This document shows, one piece after another, positions 11,774 to 22,469 of a stretch of 64,000 bases of DNA. The translations under genes and the position numbers were made by a program. The stretch comes from Synergistales bacterium (GTDB lineage Bacteria > Synergistota > Synergistia > Synergistales > JAFGMB01), in the NCBI GenBank assembly GCA_963666205.1, contig OY762654.1:383899-447898 (forward strand). Reading direction: 5' to 3'. A model generated the notes under the pieces. The model worked only from the letters and a program-made list of their open reading frames with translations, made no database searches and was not told where the DNA came from. The stretch's first letter is position 1. The number at the start of each line of letters is the position of its first letter.

Positions 11774-13577
11774 TGTTTACCCACCTGCATCCTTTGGACT
11801 GAAGCCCACAGTTGTTACAATCATTCCAGCGACAGTCAGGTGTAAGTATTTCACCTAACGCTCTTGCCCTTTCTTTAAGTAAAAAGGATCTTGTGACCCC
11901 AACATCGATATGTTCCCAGGGAAGAGCTTCATTCACAGATCTGCCTCGAGTATATTCCAAAGGATCGATCCCGTATTGATCAAATGATGAAAGCCATCTT
12001 GCAAGGTTAAAGCATTCACTCCAACCATCAAAACGGGCCCCTTTTCTCCAGGCTGATTCTATAATATCAGCAAGATTGCTGTCTCCTCTTGCAAAGACAC
12101 CTTCAAGAAATGTCTGTTCCGGTTCATGGTATCCAAGGGAAATATGTTTGTTCCTGACCCGGGATTTTACCATACGACCTTTATCTCTGAGACTCTCAAT
12201 TGAGTCCTGATGTTCCCATTGAAAAGGAGTATGTGCTTTTGGAACAAAACCTGCTACAGAGACATTTATACTAGCCTTTCTTTTATAATTTCTGGCAATT
12301 CGGTATGCCTGCTCTGCAATCTCTAAGATTCCCAATAGATCTTCTTCAGTTTCTGTGGGAAGGCCCATCATGAAGTAAAGTTTTACTCTCTGCCATCCAT
12401 GTTTGAAAGCAGCGTCAAGACTCTCCTGAATATTTTCTTCAGTTACCCCTTTGTTTATGACATTTCTGAGTCTTTGTGTCCCCGCTTCCGGGGCAAAGGT
12501 AAGTCCGCCTGTCCTCAAAACTTTAAGGGTAGAGGCCATATCAATTGAAAAAGCATCCATACGAAGACTTGGAAGACTAAGCTTCGTCTCCCTTTCATCC
12601 AGGAAAGGAGTAATTCTCTGAATTAACTCTTCAAGACCGGAATAATCACATGAAGCAAGGGAAAGAAGACCGACCTCTTCCCATCCGGTAGAGTTAACAA
12701 GAGCCTTTATGAGTTTCTCCACTGTCTCGGGTTTTCTTTCCCTTACAGGACGGTATATCATACCAGCCTGACAGAAACGACAACCACGGGTGCAGCCCCT
12801 GAATAGCTCTACGGGAATACGGTCATGGACAACAGAAGCTGTCGGAACTATCATTTTTTCCGGATAATAACTTTCGTCAAGATCATGGATAATATTTCTG
12901 GAAATAGATTCTTTCTGACCGGAAAGAGTACAATACGGGAAATGAGCAGGAACATAAGCTCCTGGGATCCTGGCTATTTCAGAAAGGATATCCCGCCTGG
13001 GCATTCCTCTACCAGATTCAATCACTTTAAGGAGAGTGGGTAGAAATTTCTCACCATCACCAAGACAGAATACATCTATAAATGGAGCGACAGGTTCTGG
13101 CGTAAGTGCACATGGACCACCTGCAACAATAATAGGTGATTCATCTCCTCTGTCTTCCGACCTGAGGGGAATTCCTCCCATATCCAGCATCGTCAATATA
13201 TTCGTGTAAGTCAGTTCATACTGTAGGGTAAAACCAACTACATCAAAATCTTTAAGAACTCTTTTACCTTCAACCGATGTCAGAGGAAAACCAGATTTCC
13301 TCATCTTCTCTTCCATATCAATCCACGGACAGTAAGCCCTCTCTACATCTGCATAGCCCAATTCCTTGATCAATGGATAGAGAATCTGGTAACCGACATA
13401 ACTCATACCAATTTCATAGACATCCGGAAAAGCGAGACAGACCGTGACAAGGTCTGAAGGTTCACTTTTCGGCACGGTATTTCCCCATTCGTTTCCTACG
13501 TACCGGGAAGGACGCTTAACATCTGCCATTAAAGGCCAGATATTGTCATCAAATTCCCTGAAATTCACTTCATCCAT
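11766..13577 (-). CDS. TIGR03960 family B12-binding radical SAM protein
   Basis: PSRYVGNE, FPDVYEIGMS, CTRGCRFC (CxxxCxxC), TFAPEAG, C-terminal Cys cluster CRWNDCNNCG. Confidence 0.9.
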   Translation of the reverse strand: MDEVNFREFDDNIWPLMADVKRPSRYVGNEWGNTVPKSEPSDLVTVCLAFPDVYEIGMSYVGYQILYPLIKELGYADVERAYCPWIDMEEKMRKSGFPLTSVEGKRVLKDFDVVGFTLQYELTYTNILTMLDMGGIPLRSEDRGDESPIIVAGGPCALTPEPVAPFIDVFCLGDGEKFLPTLLKVIESGRGMPRRDILSEIARIPGAYVPAHFPYCTLSGQKESISRNIIHDLDESYYPEKMIVPTASVVHDRIPVELFRGCTRGCRFCQAGMIYRPVRERKPETVEKLIKALVNSTGWEEVGLLSLASCDYSGLEELIQRITPFLDERETKLSLPSLRMDAFSIDMASTLKVLRTGGLTFAPEAGTQRLRNVINKGVTEENIQESLDAAFKHGWQRVKLYFMMGLPTETEEDLLGILEIAEQAYRIARNYKRKASINVSVAGFVPKAHTPFQWEHQDSIESLRDKGRMVKSRVRNKHISLGYHEPEQTFLEGVFARGDSNLADIIESAWRKGARFDGWSECFNLARWLSSFDQYGIDPLEYTRGRSVNEALPWEHIDVGVTRSFLLKERARALGEILTPDCRWNDCNNCGLQSKGCRWVNNV

Positions 13578-13606
13578 TTTATTCTCCTAAAATATTATTC
13601 AGACAG

Positions 13607-14701
13607 TTATTCATACATCTTAACAGAAGAAAGACCAACACTTGAGATCAGTCCAATAGCTATAATAATGGCCAGGAGCGAACTTCCACCATAACTGACA
13701 AATGGTAATGGAAGTCCGGTGACGGGAAGAATTCCCATGCTCATTCCTATACTCTCAACAGTCTGAAACCAGATCCAGCCTGCCACCATTGATATAAAGA
13801 CCTTGGCACGCTGGTCCTTCGCTCTAATAGCAATAGATATCATTCTGCAGAACAGTAACCCGAAAATAGCCAGAAGGAATACGGTTCCGAGAAACCCGAA
13901 TTCTTCTGCAAACACACTGAAAACAAAATCAGTATGTGGCTCTGGAAGAAAATGAAGTTTGCTCTGAAGTCCCTCCAGAAAGCCTTTGCCCAGAAATCCT
14001 CCCGAACCAACAGCAATCCTGGACTGAATAACATTGTATCCAGCCCCAAGAGGATCGATAGAGGGATTGAGAAATACCATTAACCTCAATTTCTGATAAC
14101 CCTTGAGAAAATTCCACGCAATCGGGAGCATCCCAAGAGAACAGGCAATAAGAGAACCTGTATATATCCATGGAGTCCCGGATGTAATAAGAGCAACAAG
14201 AACCATAAAACAATAGACCAGAGTACTCCCAAGGTCAGGCTGTAAAAGCACCAGAATTGCAGCAGGAGCAGCTACGGCAAGTCCTCCCAGAAAACTCGAA
14301 AGTTTATTGGGAGGATATCTGCATAGATGTCTCGATAACACCAGAGCAAGGGATATCTTGCAGATTTCCGAAGGTTGAAGATGGAAAGGGCCAATACTCA
14401 ACCAACTTTGGGCACCCTTTACAGAAGCTCCGGAAAAAAGGACTAAGACAAGAAGGGTAAGGTTGATGAGATAGATCATGTAGGACCACTCCATCAACTT
14501 GGAGAACCCTTTTTCAATAATTATGAAAAACGGGATCATCGATATACCTGTCCAGACAAGCTGTTTTGAAGCAAACATTGAACCGCGGGTACCTGGTCCT
14601 CCCCCTGCACTGTAGATCACAACAAGACCTACACAAATAAGGGTAAAAGCCGAAAGCAACAACAGCAAGTCAATATTCCTGATCTTCTTAAGCAGGCCCA
14701 A
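13607..14701 (-). CDS. rodA: Rod shape-determining protein RodA (SEDS)
   Basis: QPSE, QPDLGS, GYNVIQS, PEPHTDF, LPFVSYGGSS; multiple TM segments. Confidence 0.95.
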   Translation of the reverse strand: MGLLKKIRNIDLLLLLSAFTLICVGLVVIYSAGGGPGTRGSMFASKQLVWTGISMIPFFIIIEKGFSKLMEWSYMIYLINLTLLVLVLFSGASVKGAQSWLSIGPFHLQPSEICKISLALVLSRHLCRYPPNKLSSFLGGLAVAAPAAILVLLQPDLGSTLVYCFMVLVALITSGTPWIYTGSLIACSLGMLPIAWNFLKGYQKLRLMVFLNPSIDPLGAGYNVIQSRIAVGSGGFLGKGFLEGLQSKLHFLPEPHTDFVFSVFAEEFGFLGTVFLLAIFGLLFCRMISIAIRAKDQRAKVFISMVAGWIWFQTVESIGMSMGILPVTGLPLPFVSYGGSSLLAIIIAIGLISSVGLSSVKMYE

Positions 14702-14728
14702 TTTGATATCTTTCCATATCCTGAGAGG

Positions 14729-14998
14729 TCAATCCCTCTCCTGTTTGATTCTTTTAACCTTCAGAATAGGAATATTGGCAACTAAAGCTACTGAACCGTT
14801 CTCCCTGTCAAGATCCATTTCAATATTGGTTGTATCAATCTCCATATAATTATTTATCACTTTAATAATATCTTCCCGAAGTTTTTCCAGAATCTCAGGA
14901 GAAATATCCGTCCGATCATGGATGAGAACAAGTTTGAGCCGTTTTTTTGCTGTATCTTTTGAAGAATTACGAGAAAAAAATCTTTTCAAGAAATCCAT
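14729..14998 (-). CDS. minE: Cell division topological specificity factor MinE
   Basis: SKDTAKKRLKLVLIHDR, LVANIPI. Confidence 0.95.
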   Translation of the reverse strand: MDFLKRFFSRNSSKDTAKKRLKLVLIHDRTDISPEILEKLREDIIKVINNYMEIDTTNIEMDLDRENGSVALVANIPILKVKRIKQERD

Positions 14999-15032
14999 GT
15001 AAGTCCCTCTCTTCTATTAAACCTGACGAGGT

Positions 15033-15833
15033 CTAGATGCGAAATATTTTTTTCAATCCAGCAAAGAAACCGGACTGCTCGTTAGCATTCAAATCCATAA
15101 GTGGGACATCCACCCCAACCAGTCTGCTTGCAATATTACTGAATGCCTGAGAAGCAGGTGATCTAGAGCCAAATGTAAGGGGCTCTCCGCTATTCGCTGA
15201 CTTGATAACTGAATCGTCATCTGGAATGACACCTATCAGTTTGACCGCCAACACATCAAGGACGTCATCCACATCAAGCATCTCGCCCTCCTTAACCATA
15301 TTGGGTCTTACCCTATTGATAATGAGCCTGATAGGCGATTTATTCATAGACTCAAGCATGCCAATAATCCTATCTGCATCTCTCACCGCGGAAACCTCCG
15401 GAGTTGTAACAACCAGGGCTTCATCTGCACCAATAACAGCATTCCTGAATCCACCTTCAATTCCAGCTGGACAGTCTATAAGGACGAAATCAAACTCCTT
15501 CCTCAATTCTTCACAAAGAGTAACCATCTGCTCTGGAGAAACAGCATCTTTTGTCCTTGTCTGAGCAGCCGGTAAAAGGAAAAGGTTTTCGACCCTTTTA
15601 TCTCTGACCAGAGCCTGCTGTAGCCTGCAATTCCCTTCAATGATATCAATAAAGTTGTATACAACCCTGTTTTCCAAACCCATTATCAGGTCAAGATTTC
15701 TTAAGCCAATATCCGCATCGATAGCTACAACTCTGAAACCAGCTTTAGCCAAGCCAACCGACAGATTCGCAGTTGTTGTGGTCTTGCCTACCCCACCTTT
15801 ACCGGACGTTATGACAATTACACGAGAATCCAA
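15033..15833 (-). CDS. minD: Septum site-determining ATPase MinD
   Basis: Deviant Walker A SGKGGVGKTT, DIGLRNLD, C-terminal amphipathic helix GFFAGLKKIF. Confidence 0.97.
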   Translation of the reverse strand: MDSRVIVITSGKGGVGKTTTTANLSVGLAKAGFRVVAIDADIGLRNLDLIMGLENRVVYNFIDIIEGNCRLQQALVRDKRVENLFLLPAAQTRTKDAVSPEQMVTLCEELRKEFDFVLIDCPAGIEGGFRNAVIGADEALVVTTPEVSAVRDADRIIGMLESMNKSPIRLIINRVRPNMVKEGEMLDVDDVLDVLAVKLIGVIPDDDSVIKSANSGEPLTFGSRSPASQAFSNIASRLVGVDVPLMDLNANEQSGFFAGLKKIFRI

Positions 15834-15859
15834 TCTTCGATCCCTCCATCCACAAAAGT

Positions 15860-16537
15860 CTAGATCTTTAATTCTTTGAAAAGCAGGGAGCCTTTTTCCG
15901 GAGATACAATAACGTGACGTCCCCAGAAGTCTGCTTCTTCGGACAATGTACTCACCTTTGTACCAAGTCTAACCTGTTTGGTTTCAAAACTGGCTGCTAT
16001 TATAGCCCGGTCTTCCTCACTATTGTAACCAGCATGTACCAGACCTTTAAGTTTTCCCATTACTGATACGTTACCTTCTGCAATTACTTCAGCACCATCG
16101 TTAACGTGCCCTATGATAAGTACATCACCATCATGTTCTATCCTCTGACCTGATCGTAGAGAACTGTGAATAACAAGTGTTTCTGATCTTCTGGCGGATC
16201 GTCTGGACTGTTTTATATCTTTCCTGGAAAGGTTAAGCCCCATGGAAAGGATGGATTCACGGCTTGATTCATCGTTTGCTTCCCAGGATGATATTCGAAT
16301 ATCATGGGCAATAACGAAATCTTTGAGAAATCTCAACAGGAAATCCCTTGAAATGACTCTTTCCCCAAGATTTATTACAAGGTCCACTCCTGTAAAAAGA
16401 TTTGAAGCGTCCAGGGCAGTATGATCAAGTTCTTTCCACATCATTTCCTCTGGCATATTTTCCGGAATTATAACCTTAAGTTTATTAGCACTTCCTTTAA
16501 GGCTGATCTTTTCATTATTCGGGAGGTCCATACTCAT
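15860..16537 (-). CDS. minC: Septum site-determining protein MinC
   Basis: SLRSGQ, GHVNDGAEVIAEGN, KGLVHAG beta-helix motifs. Confidence 0.92.
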   Translation of the reverse strand: MSMDLPNNEKISLKGSANKLKVIIPENMPEEMMWKELDHTALDASNLFTGVDLVINLGERVISRDFLLRFLKDFVIAHDIRISSWEANDESSRESILSMGLNLSRKDIKQSRRSARRSETLVIHSSLRSGQRIEHDGDVLIIGHVNDGAEVIAEGNVSVMGKLKGLVHAGYNSEEDRAIIAASFETKQVRLGTKVSTLSEEADFWGRHVIVSPEKGSLLFKELKI

Positions 16538-16555
16538 AGGTACCCCTCCTTTATA

Positions 16556-18304
16556 TTAATTTTTTTTAGAATATGTTTCATCATGAGTTACAAGGTAAGC
16601 CAGAAGTTTTCCTACAATAGGTGCAGCAACTGAACTTCCATGTTCCCCGCCTTCAATAATGACAGCTGCGGCGTAACGTGGTTCCTTGACTGGAGCATAT
16701 CCTACAAAAAGAGCATGATCAGGCCCATGTGGATTCTGAGCAGTCCCGGTTTTTCCAGCAACCGAAACATCAAATTCTCCTGCCTGAATGCCTGTTCCCC
16801 TTTTTACAACATCAATAAGGCCTTTTCTCACCAGATTTAGATTATACCCGTTAAGATCAAGTTGTGTATACTGTGGTTGATTAACAGAAACAAGCCTTGG
16901 CAGGAACAGTTTCCCTCCATTTGCAAGGGCAGCATACATTCTTACCAGCTGAATAGGCGTAACCAGAAGATAACCCTGTCCAATTGAATAGTTGACAGTG
17001 TCGCCTTGATACCATTTTTCATGGAACTTTTCCATTTTCCAGTCTTTACCTGCTATGTTGCCATTGCTTTCTCCCGGGAGATCGATCCCAGTTAGTTTAC
17101 CTACTCCAAACAGGTTTCCCCATTTGACAAGGTTATCGATACCTGTTTTCAAACCTGCCTGGTAGAAAAAGATATCGCAGGAATCCCTGATTGCTGATAC
17201 AACGTTCTCATTACCATGGCCATATTTTTGCCAGCACTTGAATACTCTCCCTCCGAACTTGAATGCTCCACCACAAAAAAAGGTAGTATTCTTTGTAATT
17301 GCTTTTTCACTCAAGGCAGCAAGCCCCACAAATGGCTTAAATGTTGATGCGGGAGGATATACTCCACTGAGAGCCCTGTTCATCATGGGTTTTGATTCAT
17401 CATATATCAAACCAGCCCATTCTGCCCCGGAAACTCCCCATGCAAGGGGGTTATTATCATAACCGGGAGCTGAAAATAAAACCCGGACTTCCCCGGTTTC
17501 GACATCGATGGCTACGGCAGCCCCTCTAAAATCACCAAACAGGGTTTCCACAAGTCTCTGAGCACCCAGATCAACAGTAAGATGGAGATCTTTGCCTTTT
17601 TCTGATACTTTTTCCGTAAGGCTTCGTATTTTTCTGCCCCTGGCATCCACTTCCAGTATCTCTTCTCCGGATTTTCCTCTGAGCAGGTCCTCATATTGTT
17701 TTTCAATTCCATTCTTGCCTATGAAATCCCCGCCCTTATAACCTGAGTCACCTCTGGATATGAGTTCTTCTCGACTTATTTCCGCTACATATCCCAGGAT
17801 GTGGGACGCAATTGAACCAGCCGGATAAGTGCGGCAGGTTACCTGGATAGGGAAAAGAAGTCTGGGAAAAACTGGATCAGATATAATAGCTGTCATCTGT
17901 GTAAGGGTGAGATTCTGGACAATTATTACGGCTCTATAGGGTGCCCAATACTGTTTTTCTATCCTTGAAGAAAGATCCTCTGGAGAAGAAGGTATCCCAT
18001 GCTTGGTAAGAACGTCTGAAATTATCGGTAGAAGATCGTATTTCTTTATATCCAGGGGATAACCCATAATGTTGAAAGTCTTAAGGTTTAACGCTAGAGG
18101 AACCCCATTACGATCAAAGATTTCCCCTCTTATAGGGGGGAAACGTAGCATTCTAAGACGGTTTTCAGATGCAAGCCTCACATATCTGTCAGTGCGGACT
18201 ACCTGAAAGAACCAGAGTGCAACGACAAGTACCAACAAACCCGCTAACATGAATAGAAGACAGATCCTTAGACGTTTATCTATACTTCGACGAATATCAA
18301 CCAT
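16556..18304 (-). CDS. mrdA: Penicillin-binding protein 2
   Basis: N-terminal TM, RGEIFDRNG, SxxK (STFK), SxD (SCD), KTG; located in mre cluster. Confidence 0.95.
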   Translation of the reverse strand: MVDIRRSIDKRLRICLLFMLAGLLVLVVALWFFQVVRTDRYVRLASENRLRMLRFPPIRGEIFDRNGVPLALNLKTFNIMGYPLDIKKYDLLPIISDVLTKHGIPSSPEDLSSRIEKQYWAPYRAVIIVQNLTLTQMTAIISDPVFPRLLFPIQVTCRTYPAGSIASHILGYVAEISREELISRGDSGYKGGDFIGKNGIEKQYEDLLRGKSGEEILEVDARGRKIRSLTEKVSEKGKDLHLTVDLGAQRLVETLFGDFRGAAVAIDVETGEVRVLFSAPGYDNNPLAWGVSGAEWAGLIYDESKPMMNRALSGVYPPASTFKPFVGLAALSEKAITKNTTFFCGGAFKFGGRVFKCWQKYGHGNENVVSAIRDSCDIFFYQAGLKTGIDNLVKWGNLFGVGKLTGIDLPGESNGNIAGKDWKMEKFHEKWYQGDTVNYSIGQGYLLVTPIQLVRMYAALANGGKLFLPRLVSVNQPQYTQLDLNGYNLNLVRKGLIDVVKRGTGIQAGEFDVSVAGKTGTAQNPHGPDHALFVGYAPVKEPRYAAAVIIEGGEHGSSVAAPIVGKLLAYLVTHDETYSKKN

Positions 18305-18758
18305 TCTGAGATGCTACCTTCCAGGAATAGTACACGTACATAATGATAACGACAGGAAGAAGGCATAACTGTTGTACCAAGAGACCTGTATAAAAGGGAA
18401 ATGTAGTTATATTCCATACAAAAACTCTTGCCAAATAAATATTTAATGCTCCAAACCAGATAAGCAGAGCAAGTAAGAGGGGTGTTTTACCCATAACTGG
18501 AAAGAGATGCCATATCCAATTCAGGATAAGGACTGCTACTATATATAGACCTGAAGACATCCCGACTAGCCCCGTCCATCGAAGGTCCCATAGAATACCA
18601 CCAACAAAAGCTATCCAGATAGATGATTTCCCGGATTCTTCCTGAGATAGAGTTCTGTAAAGGAGAAAAAGAAGAAAATATTCAGGGGCAAGAATATTCT
18701 GGGTTAAAAACGCCTGCAGCATATCCTGGAACAACCAGGAGGCTCCAATCCATATCAT
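18297..18758 (-). CDS. mreD: Probable rod shape-determining protein MreD
   Basis: Hydrophobic multi-TM protein with GGILWD motif, between mreC and mrdA. Confidence 0.7.
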   Translation of the reverse strand: MIWIGASWLFQDMLQAFLTQNILAPEYFLLFLLYRTLSQEESGKSSIWIAFVGGILWDLRWTGLVGMSSGLYIVAVLILNWIWHLFPVMGKTPLLLALLIWFGALNIYLARVFVWNITTFPFYTGLLVQQLCLLPVVIIMYVYYSWKVASQNG

Positions 18759-19546
18759 TGTGATAATGCCCCTTGCGGATTATAGATATCAACATCAAAC
18801 AAGCGGGAAAGATCTCCTCCCAATTGCACATAAAAAGCCTTTGTTCCAGCTATTCTTCTACTCAATGAGGTATCTAGTCTGCCAATGGGAAGACCGGGAG
18901 GAAGCATTTCGCTTACAAGGGCTGTTGAGATAGTCATACCTTTTATAACCTCTGATGATTCCGGGAGATATAAAAGCCATGTTTTTCCCAAACCATCCCC
19001 CACTATTACTCCAAGCTCCCTCGTTTCATCTACCACTACCGGGATCATCATTGAACTGGATGTAATAAGTTCAACCCACGATGAACTGTTTTCCACTCCC
19101 GCAACACGTCCTACCACAAATCCGTTCTGAAGAACAGGCAGCCCAACGGATACACCATCCTTCTTACCACGGTTGATCCTTACTTCGGCCCACCAAGAGG
19201 AAGGCGAACGGAATGTTATCCTCGCCCTTGATATCTCTTCTTCCATGGAACGGATAAGTGTCTGGGCTTTCTCTGTACCCAGAATTCCCTTTAGCCTGAT
19301 ATTTTCAAGCCTAAGGGATTCCAGTTCCGTTTGCAGTTCCATTTCATCTTCTAACCATAAACTTACATTGTGAATGGAATTACGTAAAAGAAAGGAAGGA
19401 TACTCAGGAATAGACAGGATTCTTGTAGTAAGCTCCATAACTATCATGCGAAAGGGCATGTGTGGCACTGCAACAAGCAGGGACAGGCTCAGTATAATAG
19501 CGATAAGACCGTGTATCCAGTGAATTTCAAGATCTTTCCCTGTCAT
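18755..19546 (-). CDS. mreC: Rod shape-determining protein MreC
   Basis: TM + coiled coil (LRLENIRLK) + INRGKKDGV..G.PV..GFVVGRV and PPGLPIG. Confidence 0.9.
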   Translation of the reverse strand: MTGKDLEIHWIHGLIAIILSLSLLVAVPHMPFRMIVMELTTRILSIPEYPSFLLRNSIHNVSLWLEDEMELQTELESLRLENIRLKGILGTEKAQTLIRSMEEEISRARITFRSPSSWWAEVRINRGKKDGVSVGLPVLQNGFVVGRVAGVENSSSWVELITSSSMMIPVVVDETRELGVIVGDGLGKTWLLYLPESSEVIKGMTISTALVSEMLPPGLPIGRLDTSLSRRIAGTKAFYVQLGGDLSRLFDVDIYNPQGALSQ

Positions 19547-19618
19547 GTATCTTCATGCCTTTCTCTGTTGTATTAAAAGTCAAAAAGAACTCACTGATCA
19601 TAACGATGATCTTGAGAG

Positions 19619-20674
19619 CTATCTTGTTCCTCTTTCAACGGACATAAGTATCTTTTTCATTGTATCCAGATTATCCAGGATCTTTCCAACCCCTCGGGCA
19701 ACAGATAGTAAGGGATCTTCAGCTACTATTACAGGAGCATTAAGATTCCGGGAAAGTCTTTCAGCAAATCCTGCCAGTTGGGATACTCCTCCGGAAAGTA
19801 TGATACCTTGGTCAACTATGTCTTTGGATAACTCGGGTGGAGTTTTTTCAAGTGCCACTTTTACCATATCCTCTATCTTGAGAATAATAGGATTAATGGC
19901 CTCCCTGACTTCCACAGAAGATACTGTATCAGCTTTGGGAAGTCCATTGGCAAGATCTCTTCCCTTTACAACAATGTCCTTTTCATCTTCAAGGGGAAGG
20001 GCAGAACCTACTGCGATCTTAACTTCTTCTGCCGTAGATTCTCCTATAAGAAGACCGTGATTTTGTCTCAACATGGCCAGTATGGCTTCATCCATATCGT
20101 TCCCAGCTGCTCTCAGGGAATTACTGATAACAATCCCCCCCATGGATAGTACCGCTACTTCGCTTGTACCTCCCCCGATATCCAGTATCATACTTCCTCG
20201 AGGTTCCTGTATGGGAAGGCCCACGCCAAGGGCCGCGGCTATGGGTTCTTCAACAACATACGCTTCTTTCGCTCCTGCCCCTAATGTTGCATCGATAACA
20301 GAACGTCTCTCAACCTCAGTTACTTCAGCAGGAACTGAAATGACAACTCGTGGATGGGAAAGAAGTTTTGTTCCTCCACCAATTTTGATAAGAAAATGAC
20401 GGATCATAGTCTCAGTCATATCATAGTTCGCAATAACGCCATCCTGGAGAGGTTGAAGGGTAGTCACTCCTATGGGAGTCTTCCCCACCATGGCCTTAGC
20501 TTCCTTTCCCACTGCAATGATATCAACTTTTCCGCTTTTGCTGCGTTTTCTGACAGCTACACATGAAGGTTCGTTAAAAACAATACCCTTACCACTTACA
20601 TAGACTACTGTGTTTGCCGTACCCAGATCTATTCCTACGTCAGAACCTAGAACACCGGATAAAAATCTGAACAA
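19619..20674 (-). CDS. mreB: Actin-like rod shape-determining protein MreB
   Basis: GIDLGTANT, EPIAAA, DIGGGTSE, GRDLANGLP. Confidence 0.97.
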   Translation of the reverse strand: MFRFLSGVLGSDVGIDLGTANTVVYVSGKGIVFNEPSCVAVRKRSKSGKVDIIAVGKEAKAMVGKTPIGVTTLQPLQDGVIANYDMTETMIRHFLIKIGGGTKLLSHPRVVISVPAEVTEVERRSVIDATLGAGAKEAYVVEEPIAAALGVGLPIQEPRGSMILDIGGGTSEVAVLSMGGIVISNSLRAAGNDMDEAILAMLRQNHGLLIGESTAEEVKIAVGSALPLEDEKDIVVKGRDLANGLPKADTVSSVEVREAINPIILKIEDMVKVALEKTPPELSKDIVDQGIILSGGVSQLAGFAERLSRNLNAPVIVAEDPLLSVARGVGKILDNLDTMKKILMSVERGTR

Positions 20675-20705
20675 TTTATCTCCCTCTCCTTCTGATACAC
20701 TGTTA

Positions 20706-21371
20706 TTATCGTGTTATTGCTATTTCTGCAAGTTTACCGGCAGCGCATAAATAATGGCCTATCATTTCAAGTCCGAGTACAGCAAGCTGCCTTGATATAT
20801 ACTCTGTAAGAATAATATCATCATTGCTGGGGACTTCACTTCCATCGGGATGATTATGAAGAAGCACCAGCCCTTTTGCACCAAGCCTTATTGCCCTTCT
20901 GAGAAGATACCCTGTATCCAGAAAAGCTCCATCGATCCCTCCATATGATACCTTATCATCATCTATTACTCTATTCCTGTCATCAACATATATGGAGATA
21001 ATATACTCTCTTTCCTGCACAGATAGTTCAACCGCCCAGAGCTGAAGGGACTGCTTCCATTCAGCATTTTTTACAAGTGAAGAGTTTTCACCAACAGCTC
21101 TTTTACCAAGTTCCAGAGCTGCCAGTAACACTCCCGCCTTGGCTCTGCCAATACCGGAAAGGGAACACAATTCAGCAAGAGTTGCCTTCGATAGACCGGA
21201 AAGATCCCCGAATTCTTTCAGTATTGATGCAGAAACTTCAAGAACATCTTTTTTGGCACCGCACGAACCCAGAAGAAGGGCGATCAACTCAACAGAAGAA
21301 AGACTTGATATCCCCTGTATAAGTAGGCGTTCTCTAGGTCTGTCCCAATCTGGAATATCAGCAAGTTTCAT
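20706..21371 (-). CDS. radC: RadC family JAB-domain protein
   Basis: RPRERL, HhH (GIGRAKA), HNHPDG..PS.DD; usual position upstream of mreB. Confidence 0.9.
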   Translation of the reverse strand: MKLADIPDWDRPRERLLIQGISSLSSVELIALLLGSCGAKKDVLEVSASILKEFGDLSGLSKATLAELCSLSGIGRAKAGVLLAALELGKRAVGENSSLVKNAEWKQSLQLWAVELSVQEREYIISIYVDDRNRVIDDDKVSYGGIDGAFLDTGYLLRRAIRLGAKGLVLLHNHPDGSEVPSNDDIILTEYISRQLAVLGLEMIGHYLCAAGKLAEIAITR

Positions 21372-21380
21372 GCTATTTGT

Positions 21381-22010
21381 CTACCTGGGCCAAAAGGGAT
21401 TATTTGTTTTTTCTCTTCCAAGCAGGGTTTCTGGTCCATGCCCGGGAAGGACCCTGATCTCATCTGGATATAATGAGAGCCTGGAGATAGAGTTGATAAG
21501 AGCTTTATGATCTCCTCCCGGTAGATCCGTACGTCCAACACTCGAGGCAAATAATGTATCTCCTGATAAAAGGAGGGAATCCTTTTCATCTTTCACATAG
21601 AAGCAACAGCTTCCTTTCGTATGACCTGGCGTATGTATCACATATATCTCCATCTGGCCTATAGTTAGTTTTTCTCCTCCGGAGAGAATCCTTACGTCAA
21701 ATGAAAATGAAATAGAAGTACCAAGAAACTGTGAGAGGTTAAGATCCGGGTTGCTTATCATCTCAACATCATCTTTATGGATATAGACACCACTCGTAGC
21801 TAGAGGAGACAATGTTTTCAGTCCACCTATATGGTCACTGTGTCCATGTGTTAAAAGTATAGCCTCCAGTTGAATACTATTTTCGGCCATAAATGATATG
21901 ACTTCCTCCGGATCTCCACCCGGATCTACAAAAAAGGCTTTTTTCATTTCGTCCCATATAAGAAAACCATTGGTCCATAAAGGACCCAACGGGAAACGTT
22001 TATCCTTCAT
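21381..22010 (-). CDS. MBL-fold metallo-hydrolase (glyoxalase II-like, YcbL type)
   Basis: [26 protein letters not shown]. Confidence 0.92.
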   Translation of the reverse strand: MKDKRFPLGPLWTNGFLIWDEMKKAFFVDPGGDPEEVISFMAENSIQLEAILLTHGHSDHIGGLKTLSPLATSGVYIHKDDVEMISNPDLNLSQFLGTSISFSFDVRILSGGEKLTIGQMEIYVIHTPGHTKGSCCFYVKDEKDSLLLSGDTLFASSVGRTDLPGGDHKALINSISRLSLYPDEIRVLPGHGPETLLGREKTNNPFWPR

Positions 22011-22464
22011 TAACTTTTACCTCCCCCGGGGAATCAATTATAAGAGTCACAGGTCCATCGTTACTGATGGATACTTTCATGTAAGCCTGAAATTTTCCAG
22101 TCTGGACTGTGATCCCCTTTTCTTTGAAAAGAGAACAGCATTTCTCATACAATTCATTCGCTAATTCAGGACGTGCTGCTTTCACAAAGGAGGGCCTGCG
22201 TCCCTTCCTGCAGTCGCCATATAATGTAAACTGCGAAACAAGAAGTACAGATCCTCCAACATCGGTAAGGGATCTATTCAACTTACCTTCCTCATCCTCG
22301 AATATCCTGAGTCCAATTATCTTGTTGACGATCCACTCTGCATCCTTTGCGGTATCATAATGGGTAACGCCAAGAAGAACACAATAGCCTGCATCTATCT
22401 CTCCAATGATCTTACCTTCCACCTCTACGCTGGAAGAAGTAACTCTCTGAATAACCGCCCTCAT
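22000..22464 (-). CDS. dtd: D-aminoacyl-tRNA deacylase
   Basis: [20 protein letters not shown] (Gly-cisPro); start placed at ATG 22464. Confidence 0.97.
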   Translation of the reverse strand: MRAVIQRVTSSSVEVEGKIIGEIDAGYCVLLGVTHYDTAKDAEWIVNKIIGLRIFEDEEGKLNRSLTDVGGSVLLVSQFTLYGDCRKGRRPSFVKAARPELANELYEKCCSLFKEKGITVQTGKFQAYMKVSISNDGPVTLIIDSPGEVKVNEG

Positions 22465-22469
22465 AAATA

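Noticed and set aside
20706..21371. radC as a marker of a mobile element
   Set aside because: Full-length chromosomal type in the conserved radC-mreBCD context
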